Positions 12,120 to 22,511 of a stretch of DNA of 64,000 bases are shown piece after piece. A program made the position numbers and the translations under genes. The notes beneath the pieces are model-generated. The model searched no databases, had not been told where the DNA came from, and saw only the letters and a list, made by a program, of their open reading frames with translations. The stretch's first letter is position 1; each line of letters begins with the position of its first letter. This stretch comes from Takakia lepidozioides. Lineage: Eukaryota; Plantae; Bryophyta. The DNA lies in the NCBI GenBank assembly GCA_030704615.1, contig CM060733.1, forward strand, positions 3,782,001 through 3,846,000. The letters are read 5' to 3'.

Positions 12120-12713
12120 GGTGAGGATTGTGCCTCACCCCACACAGCGTGCACGGTTAGTGCGGCATGCCCATGAGGAGTTGGGGCATTTTGGAGTGCG
12201 ACGCACTCACAGTTTACTGCAGGGGCAGTATTGGTGGCGTGGTATGCATACAGAGGTGCAACAGTTCGTGGCTAGGTGCATGGTCTGTGACAGGGTGCGT
12301 GCTTCATTCAACGCCCCTACACCATAGTTGCATCCTTTACCAATCATGGGATTGGGCTACAGGTGGAGTCTTGACTTCGCAGGACCGTTGCCACTGACTA
12401 TGCGCCACCACAGATATATGTTGGTGATGGTGGAGCACTTCTCCAAGTGGATTGAGTTGGTTCCATTGCCTGACAAGGCTAGTGAGGGGGCTGCGTATGC
12501 ATTCTTGGATCGTGTGCTTAGCCGATTTGGTGCTCCAGCTGGGGTACTCACGGACCAAGGGAGAGAATTCTTGGGGGAGTTTCAGGCTTTGTGTGATAAA
12601 GCCTTGATAGACCACCGCACCACTTCTCGGGATCATCCTGAGGCCGATGGCTTAGCAGAGAGAGTTGTTCAGACAGTGAAGAGGGGTTTGCACAAATATG
12701 GCTTGCAGAATAA
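12120..12713 (+). pseudogene. E1 integrase, HHCC zinc finger and DDE core
   Basis: HEELGHFG...CMVC, WSLDFAGP, VLTDQGREF, ADGLAERVV. One in-frame TAG at 12325. Truncated by the inversion breakpoint. Confidence 0.93.
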
Positions 12714-14414
12714 TTGATCACCGCAGCGGAAAATTTGTGAGAACGAATACCAACAGGGTGGAGTCGGCCATCTGTACCGTATTGTGAGAGTACCGCGCCA
12801 AGTACAAAGTCCGATGCATCTGCTTCTAAGAAGAATGGTTTAGATGGGTCTGCAGGTACCAATATTGGAGCCGTTGTAAATGTCTGCTTCAGCCTTTCAA
12901 ATGCCTGGTCACCCTTCTCGTCCCATATAAATTTGTCCTTCCTTGTGAGTCGTGTCAATGGTGCAACAATTTTGGAGTAGTCATTGATGAAGATTCTATA
13001 GAAATTTGCAAAACCCAGAAAACATTGTACATCTCGGATCGAAGTTGGTTTAATCCACTCGATGATGGTTTGTATTTTCTTCTGATCCATAAAGACGCAT
13101 TTGTCGGAAATAATGTAGCCCAAAAATTCGACCTCAGATTGATGGAAAAGACATTTCTCCAACTTGACATATAGTCATTTTTCTCTTAATTTATCAAGGA
13201 CAAAGCGTACATGGCGGCCATATTCTTCTTCGTTCTGTGAAAATATCAAAATGTCGTCCAAATAGATGACTACAAAGTCATCTAAAAATTCTCGAAATAT
13301 GTCATTCATCATATGTTGGAAAACTGCTGGAGCATTTGTAAGATCGAAAGACATAACACTGTATTCAAAATGTCCATACCTTGTTCGAAAAGCTGTTTTC
13401 CATTCGTCTCCTTCTTTTATCCGTACAAGGTTATAAGCTCATCTCAAGTCGATTTTGGTGAAAATCTTCGCTCGTCCCAGCTGGTCGAGAAGCCCATAAA
13501 TCAGCGGCAACGGATAACGATTCTTGATTGTGACTTTGTTGAGACCGCGATAGTCGACACACATGCGTAATGATCCGTTCTTTTTTTTCACAAACAAGAT
13601 AGTCGCCCCCGCGGGTGATTTGGAATGTCGGATGAAGTGCTTTGACAAATTTTCATTAATGTATTCGCGTAATGCAGCCAACTCCGTCTGGGATAAGTTA
13701 TAGATTGGGCCGAATGGTGGTTGGGCTCCTTCTTATAACTCAATTGTACAGTTATAAGGTCGATGATCTGGCAATATGTCTGCATTTTTCTTCTCGAAGA
13801 TATCTTTGAAATCTTGATATTGAGCAGGTAATGTTGAAGTACCTTTGTCTGTTGTGGTCTTGATCGGAGTCGCATAAAGTGCAAATGTCGCCTCCTTTTT
13901 CGTAGCTCTCATGAAGGCTCTAGCTCCAAGAAATAGGGGTTGAATACCTTTGGTACTTTTGCATTTTTGTCTTTCCGAAATTTTTCGTGATTGCCAATCG
14001 ATGTCAGGATTATGAAGTACAAACCAGGGAAGTCCAAAGATCACAGGATTAATGGAGACTGGATGACATTGAAAACAATCTGTGATGCTTGATTTTTAAG
14101 CTTCATTTCAAGGGGTTGAGTTTCATGGTCAACATTTCCTGATACTAACGGTCGTCCATCGATAACTTCAACAGGGGCCGAGAATTTCTTTCTTACGAGC
14201 GTTAAATTGCGTTGCTTCGCAAAGTCTTTGTCAATAAAACACGCTGAAGCGCCAGAGTCCAAAAGTGTTTCTACGGAGATATTTTGATTTTGCATCCTGA
14301 TCTTTACTGGAACTGTGAAACAAGATACAGGGTCTGGAGGTAGAAAGAGACCTTTTTTTGGTGAGGAATTTGGGGTGTCCAGCCGCATGGTCCCTACTGT
14401 GACTGGATATCTTC
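12714..14414 (-). pseudogene. pol: E2 pol, PR-RT-partial RNase H (degenerate)
   Basis: ORF fragments 14041-14388, 13733-14044, 13439-13681 and 12714-13162 carry the motifs listed for the element. Confidence 0.9.
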
Positions 14415-15438
14415 GTTTTCCGACCTCCTCATATCGAACACTTGAGTGGTGCCCCGAACTTTGAATCTTCTCTTGTTGGGGCAGTTTAATGTCATGTGAT
14501 CATTTTCTCCGCAATAAAGGCAGAATCCATTCGAGCGCCGTCTTTGTTTTTCATGTGGTGTCAATGGCTTGAATCGGACAACATCAATCTGCATAGGATC
14601 ATTACCGGATGTCTGATGGATCGTTGTATTTGGTGCCGTAGTAGCAGCGGCATGGTGCGTCGTCGACCATCCAGATCGCTTCTCTTGACGTCTTTCGAAC
14701 AAACGTATCGCATGCAATGACTTGGGTGATGAATTCGCTCAGTGTACTCACGTTTGACATTGTCAGCAACAAATCTTTAACATCATATTGTAGGCCACAT
14801 CGAAACTGACTTATGAGGCTCTTCTCATTCCAGTCAAGGTCGCACGCAAGTTGTCAAAATTCAGCAGCATAAACGGAAGCTGGACGTGCTCCTTGTTGAA
14901 GATTTCGCATCTTTGTCTCTGCAACTCTCTCTCTATAATTCTCTCCAAACGTTGCAGTGAACTCGGACATGAACGCTTCAAAATTGTATAGTAAATGCGA
15001 ATTTTTCTCTAATAGCGGTGCAAACCAAGATAGGGCAGTGCCTGATAGAAGGGTGCCCACAAATCCCACTTGAATACCTTCATCAGAGTAGCGTTGTGGA
15101 TGTAGTCATAGGAACAATCGTACTTGTTGAACAAAACCGCAAAATCTTGATCTCGTCCCATCAAATTTCTCGGGTATGCTGACCTTTGGTTCCCTTGTAA
15201 TCTGTTGAAGATTTGGAGGAACCGTTGCAGTATGATTTGTTGTAGTAGGGACTCGTAAGGTTGAAGATCCATTGTTCGACTCCTTCAACTCTGAAATTTG
15301 TTGTTGCAAATTGTTGAGAGCATTGCCAAGGTCATGAGACTGATCAGCTTGTAGTTGGGCAGTAGAGGCACGAAGTTCTTGCATCTGGAGCTGAAGACTT
15401 TGCAATGTGGCGACCATTTCCGCAAATGTGTCTTCCAT
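14394..15438 (-). pseudogene. gag: E2 gag
   Basis: EPKVSIPEKFDGTRS, LLSGTALSWF, LQQGARPASVYAAEF, DPMQID and knuckle CLYCGENDHMTLNC. Several in-frame stops. Confidence 0.88.
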
Positions 15439-15463
15439 CTTAACTAACTAAAGAACAAACTTT

Positions 15464-15474
15464 AGTCTCGCCAA
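15464..15474 (-). promoter_or_regulatory. E2 self-priming PBS (TTGGCGAGACT)
   Basis: Lies 2 nt after the 5' LTR. Perfectly complementary to AGTCTCGCCAA (15766-15756, minus strand), about 30 nt downstream of the LTR TATATATA box. Confidence 0.85.
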
Positions 15475-15476
15475 AC

Positions 15477-16092
15477 TGTCAAGGACGAGAACATGACTGA
15501 ACACAAACAAGAGATAAGACTAGAGGTACAAGGCTAGACAAGAAGTCAAGGTCGGCGTGGCCGAATGCACGATGAGTAAATAGGAATCAAGACGATCTTT
15601 ATAACAATGAACAAGAGTACAAGATATTGGAACACGACTTGAATACTAGAATGCTGGAAACTGGACAAGAGTACCGGATACTAGAAATTGGGCTAGGGTA
15701 CTGGGAACTGAACTGGAGTACTAGGAACTCGAAACAAGAGTAGCTTGAACTGGTGTTGGCGAGACTGAAGAGTGTCCAGTCTCGCCTCCTATATATACTG
15801 GCTACTAAGAAGCTTCCCTAAGAAGCTTCCCCAATGGAGGTTGCTTGCTGGAGAAGTTTCCTTAAACAAATGAGGTATCTTGATGGAGAAGTTTCCTCCA
15901 CATGAAGCTTCCTAAGTAGTTTCCCAAGTTACTCTTCGTAATTTGGTAAACTCCCGATAACTTGATAAGTAATGGTAAATCATGGTAGATCATGGTAAAT
16001 CATGGTAAGTCATGGTAACTTTCGATAACATGATAACTTGGTAACTTCTGATATTTACTCTTGGTAAATTCCTCTGGGCTACGTCCGTGACA
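15477..16092 (-). repeat. E2 5' LTR (TGTCA...TGACA, ~616 bp)
   Basis: The reverse complement aligns with 21915-22511. Contains TTACCA-type short repeats and a TATA box near 15791-15797. Confidence 0.95.
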
Positions 16093-18177
16093 GTCTTAGT
16101 GTTTCCTTGAACGTGGAAGGGTCCTGTTTCCTCAAGAATGGCCTGAGGGAATTTCAGGAGTTCCAGATTGAAGACCAAAGAGGGGAACTTGGAGATCTGT
16201 GGTTGAAGCCTTGCAGCACCCAGCGATTGGATGCAGGCCAGGGGACACGCTGCAAGGGAGAGGAGGAGGAAATGGTGGAGGAGACCATGAGCTCCCACCA
16301 GCCTCCATCCGGTCCTATGAATCTAGGGATCCCTGCCTACATTTTCATTTTGTTTTCTTGCTCTATGTGGTAGTAGTCCAGGTTATGTCTGGCTTCCAGG
16401 TATGACTGAAACATGTGTGCATCGCAGGATTGAGATTCAACTCTCCTTTGGCAGATGCCTAGGCATTTTTGGAGGGCCCTGACCTTTCTTTTCTGTGCCT
16501 CTGCAATGGCCCGGCTGAGGTCTTGACTGACTTTGCAAATGGCAGCGAGTTTGTCCTGGAATCTTTGGATCGGGCAAGGGTTGTGGTTTGCAACGGAGAG
16601 CAAGGCTGTCTTAAGGCCATCAGTGAAGGAAGAGGTTTGAAGGTGGGAGGAGTTAAGCCTGTATATCCCTCTTCCTCTAGGGTGGGAATTGGGTAGAGTG
16701 AGGGATGCGGACACTCGTGCATGATCAAAACCTTGGGGAATAGGATCCTGAGGGCATAATCGGGTAGCCTGGGAAAGGGAAATTGAGGAGTAGAATCTGT
16801 CAAGCCTGGCCATGCAGAGATCATTAATATCTCTGTTGTTGGTCTAGGTGAAGAAGGGGTTAGCTCCCAACGGGTCTCTGGGGGGATCTTCTAATTCTGC
16901 CAAGCTGTGAGACTGGATTAGAGACTGCCAGGAGAGGTCTTCTTCAGGGCTTAGGTGAGATGTTGTGCTCCCCATCCTGTCAGAGTCATTTTCTACCATG
17001 TTGAAATCACCCACCACAATCCATCTGCATATGTCACTATGATATGCCATCCGGAGGTTTATCTTGGCCCAAAGATCCGCTCTGAGAAGAGAATTGTTTG
17101 GCGCATAAATGTTGATAAAACCTGTAGGGTCAGTGTCATTGGGGAACCTTAGGGAGCAGAACTGGGCTCTCCCCGGTTCCCAGATCTCATCTTTGATGAG
17201 ATATTGGTGGATGGAAGGGGATAGAAGGATCGCGGTCCCTCCTCTAGTTCCTTCAATAGAGGGTTTCCAGAGAGCCGAGGCTTTAGGCTAAAGCTGATTG
17301 GTGAGCCTTAGAATTTTCCTGTCATAGAGTTTGTGTTCTTGGAGAAAGACAATAGCCTGAGTAGTGATGAGAGGTGCTAGCCAGGCTGAGAGCCTGACTT
17401 TTTGAGGGCCATCTGGTAAGAACCTAGGCCCCTGATGTTCCAGGAAGACATGCTAACCTGCATCGCGGGATGGAGACAGGCTGAGGGGATGAGACTCAAT
17501 TGATGGCCTGGCTGAAGCAAAGAATCGAAACTTAGTGCGTTTGTCAGTGGGCTTTGGGGAGGGACACCAGTGGAGCCTTGGGGGTTCCACACGGCTGGGG
17601 TCTTTGAGGTGGATGAATATGACTTGGGTGCCTGGCGGACCAGGTAGAGGGTTGCATGCGTCGTCAAGAGGGATAAATCTGTTGGAACTTTGAAGTGAGG
17701 TTTTAATGGAAACTATGGTGGACTGGGGGGTGGTGGGCAAATTTAGAAGTTTGGAGAGGTGAAAAGGAGGCAATGGGTAAGTGGGCGAGGGCAGTAGTTT
17801 CCATTTGTTACCTCCTGGGATAGAGGGGAGTGCCTCAGGCGAGAGACAAATGATACTGCATACCTTGTCAGAGAAGAACGAAAAGAAAAGCAGGGGAATA
17901 GATTGAGTGTGGAGTGGGTGACTTACAGGGAAGGAAGGAGAAATGAGGGGAGCTGGTGTCGGGGAAGGCAGCAGAGTTGTGATTGGGTGGAGGGGCCCGG
18001 CGTGCTGTTGAGAGACTTCTGGCGAGTGCTGCGTGAAGAATTGCGAGATCTGGAGGTTGGAGGAGCTCGAGGTCGACCAAGAGCCCATGGGGACGTAGCT
18101 GGGGTTGCCATAGTCTTCAATTATGTTTCGATCGATTTCGTCATTTTGCGCTTCAATTTCCATGTCCAGATAGGCCT
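16093..18177 (-). mobile_element. LINE continuation (ORF1 tail and ORF2 apurinic endonuclease), inverted, cut by E2
   Basis: MQVSMSSWNIRGLGS (~17462), INIYAPN, WIVVGDFNMVE, ARLDRFY, FDHARV. The frame joins the 5' part across E1 (...NAFTVLK|AYLDMEIE...). No RT domain remains. Confidence 0.85.
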
Positions 18178-18365
18178 TGTCGTGCGCATACATATCGCTA
18201 CACAACTACATCGTTGTCCGAAACCACACAACACATGTGCACACCACACACTAGTATACCACTAGTCCACCACTAGTCCAGCCACTAGTCCAACCACTAG
18301 GCTACAACTACTCAGTCACTAGGCTGCCACTATGCTGCCCACTATGGCAGTCACTAGTCCACACA
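18178..18365 (-). repeat. E1 terminal repeat B2 (TGTGTGG...CGACA, 188 bp)
   Basis: Direct repeat of 18697-18871 with one extra CCACTAGT-type unit. Confidence 0.95.
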
Positions 18366-18368
18366 ATA

Positions 18369-18694
18369 GATAAAGAAGAAGAATACAAGCACAAGCTCAT
18401 GCGAGCTCACAAAGCTGAAGCATAAACTCATGCATATATAACCTCATCACTCAAATACAAGTCAAGCCAAGTGCACCCCACGCCATGGGGAATCCACACT
18501 ACGGCGCCATAGCTAGGCGCGGTGAGGCTCAACTCGAGAAAGATGAGCCTTCCGCGCTTGCCGTGAAGATAACCACTCCAGGGCCTAAATCTGCCTTGAC
18601 CCCTGGATTGACACTTGGGCCAATCCCAAATGTCAATATGTAAAAGCTAGCTATTTCCTAGTTAGTTTCATACTAGTGGTAAAATAACTTGACA
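18369..18694 (-). repeat. E1 terminal repeat A2 (326 bp)
   Basis: Matches 2845-3170 at roughly 98% by eye. Confidence 0.95.
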
Positions 18695-18696
18695 GC

Positions 18697-18871
18697 TGTC
18701 GTGCACATACATATCGCTACACAACTACATCGCTGTCCAAAACCACACAACACATGTGCACAACACACTAGTCCACCACTAGTCCAACCACTAGTCCAAC
18801 CACTAGGCTACAACTAGTCAGTCACTAGGCTGCCACTATGCTGCCCACTATGGCAGTCACTAGTCCACACA
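18697..18871 (-). repeat. E1 terminal repeat B1 (175 bp)
   Basis: Follows the polypurine tract. Joined to A2 through GACA-GC-TGTC (18691-18700). Confidence 0.95.
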
Positions 18872-18883
18872 ATCGCCCCCCTA
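18872..18883 (-). promoter_or_regulatory. E1 polypurine tract
   Basis: The minus strand reads CTAGGGGGGCGAT immediately before TGTGTGG of B1. Confidence 0.75.
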
Positions 18884-19130
18884 GCTGGTGCTTAGGTCCC
18901 TCTAAGTCCAGGTAGCCACAAGATGTGATAGTGACCATAGCCTCACTAAGTCCTCACCACTATCCCTACTACACTCAAACTCGATAGATCAAGAGGCCGG
19001 GTGCAAGAGTTGTCCCATCGTTAGTCGCCGTCTTGCAACCTGTGAACTTGAGCTTGGGATCTCATGTATTGACTCTTATGAGTTTGGCCTCCTATGTCTT
19101 GTTAGCTGCCTCCAGTCATGTCCACTGCCA

Positions 19131-19837
19131 CTATCCCAAGCAGTGTGGACACAACCAATCTCCGTCAGGAACCTTCTCAAGAGGAGGTGTCAAGCATCCC
19201 ATATGCCAACCCCTTGAGCATCGATCACACACCAGCATGGTGGCTGCCCCTTTGGCAGACCCACAGAGCATGCACCTCAAACCTGCAGGTACCACTGCCA
19301 AGTTTGGGTCAACTCTGCCATCGACATTGGGAAGGTGACATGGCGCACAATTACGCACATGGTCCTTCCAAGTCATGCCATCCCGACCCTCTAAGATCAG
19401 GACCCCTGAGGGCAACACCTCTCGAACCCTCAGAATAACACGCCCTGCAGTAACATCCAGAGTCGTAGGAGCAGTCTGCTGCAAATAAACATAGTCACCA
19501 GGGCTAAACCTCCGAACCCCAGGACGATATCCTCCACCACGTATAGTGGCATACCTCAACGTATCACGGTGCTGTGCAATGGCAAGGTTCTCAAAAGCCA
19601 TGGGCATGACTTTCTTCAACAACTCTGCACGCTGATCACATGCACGTACCCACACGTCCGGATCGTCAAGGTTAAGGACTTGAGCAGTGTCCCTACGAAT
19701 GGTTGCAGGCAAATCCGGCTCTCGGACAAAGAGAAGGAAATATGGTGAGAAGGAGGCAAGTGATGCTTGTTTGCTGAACCTGTAGCCCATGGCTAACCAA
19801 GGAACCTGAAGATCCCAATCTCCTAGGTGTCCGTTAT
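19131..19837 (-). pseudogene. E1 integrase C-terminal region with terminal PHD finger
   Basis: WDLQVPWLAMGYR, FSPYFLLF, FSPGDYVYL, then C4HC3 CMLC-X11-CDRC-X4-HMGC-X14-CPHC with the conserved WxC (19131-19274). Confidence 0.92.
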
Positions 19838-19839
19838 CC

Positions 19840-21311
19840 ATGTCCACCTATGACGATGCCGAGATCATAAAGGAGATTCAGGAAGCACTGAAGAGCGACC
19901 AATTCGCTATGACACTACGAAGTCAACTAAATCGACCTCGAGACAACCCACATGTTACAAACGACTTCGAGTTCAAAGATGATTTACTTTATTTCAAGGG
20001 ACTTCTCTATGTACCTCCAGGACCTACACGACTTCGAATTCTTCAAACATGTCATGATCTTCCGGTTGCAGGACATTCCGGCTTCAACAAAACAATGGAA
20101 TTGATATCCATGGACTATTGGTGGCCGTAGATGTGGAAACTCGTGAAAGAATTTATAAAATCTTGCAACACGTGTGCTAGAATGAAGGGACCACGACATC
20201 GACCTTATGACCTTCTTCAACCATTACCCATTCCCAAGGATCCATGGTCGTCCGTGTCTATGGACTTTATTACGGACCTTCCAATCTCCAAGACCACTAA
20301 TTCAATCCTTGTTATTATAGATCGTTTTACGAAGATGACACATTTCATTCCATGTAATAAGACAGTTACCGACGAGGAAACTGCAAGACTCTTCCTCAAT
20401 AATATTTACCGCATTCATGGACTCCCGAAGGACATCGTATCTGATCGAGGACCACAGTTCATATCAAATTTCTGGAGAGGATTATTTCACATATTGGATA
20501 CTAAAATCAACCTTTCTACAGCTAATCATCCACAGACTGATGGTCAAACCGAACGTATAAACCAGATTTTGGAGCAGTATCTTCGCTGTACGATAAATTA
20601 TCACTAATATAATTGGACGGACCTCTGTCATTGGTTGAGTTTGTGTACAACAACACTATACATTCTTCGACCCAGCAAACTCCATTTTTCTCCAATTATG
20701 GTCATCATCCTCGAGCAAACCCTTTCCACATGAAGACTGTTGGAAGCCCTGCTGTAGAAAACCTTGCTACTCATCTTGCTATGATTCACAAGGAGCTTAC
20801 ATTCCACCTCGCAGAAGCTCAAAAACAATACAAGGAATATGCAGATTAACGTCGCCAACTCCAACCCCAGTTCAAGGTCGGAGATCGTGTGTGGCTTCTT
20901 CGACGGGACATACAAACCTCGCGACCATCAAGGAAGTTGGATTATCAATGCCCATTCAAAATTATTCGACAAATAAATCCGGTCAGTTTTCGGCTTGAAC
21001 TCCCACGGAGTATGCGCATCCATCCAGTCTTTCATGTTTCATTATTGGAGTTGTATCATCCATCGAATATTCCAGGGAGAATTTTTGTACCACCTCCACC
21101 AATCGAAGTCAATCATGAAATTGAGTATGAAGTCGACAAAGTCCTAGACTCTCGCATCAAGTATAAACATCTTGAGTATTTTGTACATTGGAAAGGCTAC
21201 GACATCATCGAACGCACGTGGGAACCTTCATCCAACCTCACCAATGCATCTGACAATGTCCAAGAGTTTCATCAACGATATCTAGCTAAGTCCCGAGCTA
21301 CACGTCAATAA
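19840..21311 (+). pseudogene. E2 integrase with C-terminal chromodomain
   Basis: HDLPVAGH...CNTC, VSMDFITDLP, IVSDRGPQF, TDGQTERIN, IHPVFHVSLL and EYEVDKVLDSR...YFVHWKGY...TWEP. Several stops and frameshifts. Confidence 0.93.
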
Positions 21312-21914
21312 GACGTCACAACGATGATGTCAGCCAAGTTAGCTTCAAGGTGAAGACTCCGCATTCAATGTACCTGATACATGCTAAGGAGGGAGGAGCA
21401 GCACACATCACTATATATAGCTACACTTCCAGCACTCTTGCATCTTGTATTGGCAGTATGGAGTCGAAGGAACTAGATACATTGGAGTTGTCGCTTACCC
21501 AGCTACCAGATCAGCCGTTCCGACTCTCACGACCTTCAACATCACGCCGACGCTCTCGAGACGATGGGCCACCAATGCGACGCGTACTTCCTCGTCTGGA
21601 CCCCGTACGACGGCAAGTGGAGCCTACTTGAAATCTGATAATTATGTTGGAGGTTGAGGCTTCGGACCCAGAGGGCAACGAAATCATGTTTGAAGGCAGT
21701 TTCGAAAATCAGAATGCTCAAATCACTACGTGGTCCCAAGTTTAAGGTGTTGGACACTATCGATGGTTGCAGGGACCTATAAATCATTTGAGTCAAGAAC
21801 GAAGAGCTGAATACTTAGCAAGTACCATTCGTCGGATTTTGGATTTTCTCCAACTCTAAGCAAGTCCAAGATTTTACCGCTCCTCGAGGAACTCGGCGTT
21901 AGAGGAGGGGGTGA

Positions 21915-22511
21915 TGTCACGGACATAGCCCAGAGGAACTTACTGGGAATAAATACCAGAAGTTATCAAGTTACCATGTTACCGAAAGTTACCATGACTT
22001 GCCGTGATTTACCATGATCTACCATGATTTACCATTACTTACCAAGTTACCGGGAGTTTACCAAATTACCAAGAGTAACTTGGGAAACTACTTAGGAAGC
22101 TTCCTTTGGAGGAAACTTCTCCATCAAGAAACCTTTGTTTAATCTTGGAAACTTCTCCAGCAAACAACCTCCATTGGGGAAGCTTCTTAGGGAAGCTTCT
22201 TAGTAGCCAGTATATATAGGAGGCAAGACTGGACACTCTTCAGTCTTGCCAACACCAGTTCAAGCTACTCTTGTTTCCAGTTCCCAGTACCTTAGCCCAG
22301 TTTCCAGTATCTGGTACTCCAGTCTAGTTTCCAGCATTCCAGTATTCAAGTCGTGTTCCAATATCTTGTACTCTTGTTCATTGTTATAAATATCGTCTTA
22401 ATTCCTATTTACGCATCGTGCATTCGGCCACGCCAACCTTGACTTCTTGTCTAGCCTTGTACCTCTAGTCTTATCTCTTGTTTGCGTTCAGTCATGTTCT
22501 CATCCTTGACA
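21915..22511 (+). repeat. E2 3' LTR (597 bp)
   Basis: TGTCACGG...CCTTGACA, homologous to 15477-16092. Confidence 0.95.

Larger units (their letters stand above)
2845..12713 (+). mobile_element. Ty3/Gypsy retrotransposon E1, 5' portion (A1 repeat, long leader, gag, PR, DNMT, RT, RH, IN core)
   Basis: Starts TGTCAAG at 2845. The domain order PR-RT-RH-IN is Gypsy-type. It continues on the minus strand at 19837-18178 after the inversion. Confidence 0.93.
12714..16092 (-). mobile_element. Chromodomain Gypsy E2 (Tf1/sushi/Tcn1-like), 5' half, inverted
   Basis: 5' LTR, gag, protease LLDSGASACFID, RT ([25 protein letters not shown]) and RNase H start (FFLEADASD...KFSAAVINY). Confidence 0.93.
18178..19837 (-). 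mobile_element. Gypsy E1, 3' portion (IN C-terminus, PHD, PPT, B1-A2-B2), inverted
   Basis: The integrase frame continues from 12713. The terminal repeat A2 matches A1. Ends ...CGCACGACA at 18178. Confidence 0.92.
19838..22511 (+). mobile_element. Chromodomain Gypsy E2, 3' half
   Basis: Integrase, chromodomain, PPT AGAGGAGGGGG (21901-21911) and 3' LTR. Confidence 0.93.

Noticed and set aside
12548-13162. 204-aa ORF as a single protein
   Set aside because: Chimeric read-through across the inversion breakpoint from E2 RNase H into antisense E1 integrase.
17453-18205. 250-aa ORF starting MCSDMYAHD as an independent gene
   Set aside because: The start lies in repeat B2 and the rest is the displaced tail of LINE ORF1.
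2845-18694. A1 and A2 as long terminal inverted repeats of a DIRS or DNA transposon
   Set aside because: They are inverted only because of the 12710-19837 inversion. No tyrosine recombinase is seen and a DDE integrase is present.
21350-21796. Short ORFs between the E2 chromodomain and PPT as an extra or env-like gene
   Set aside because: Short, with no recognisable motif or transmembrane pattern.
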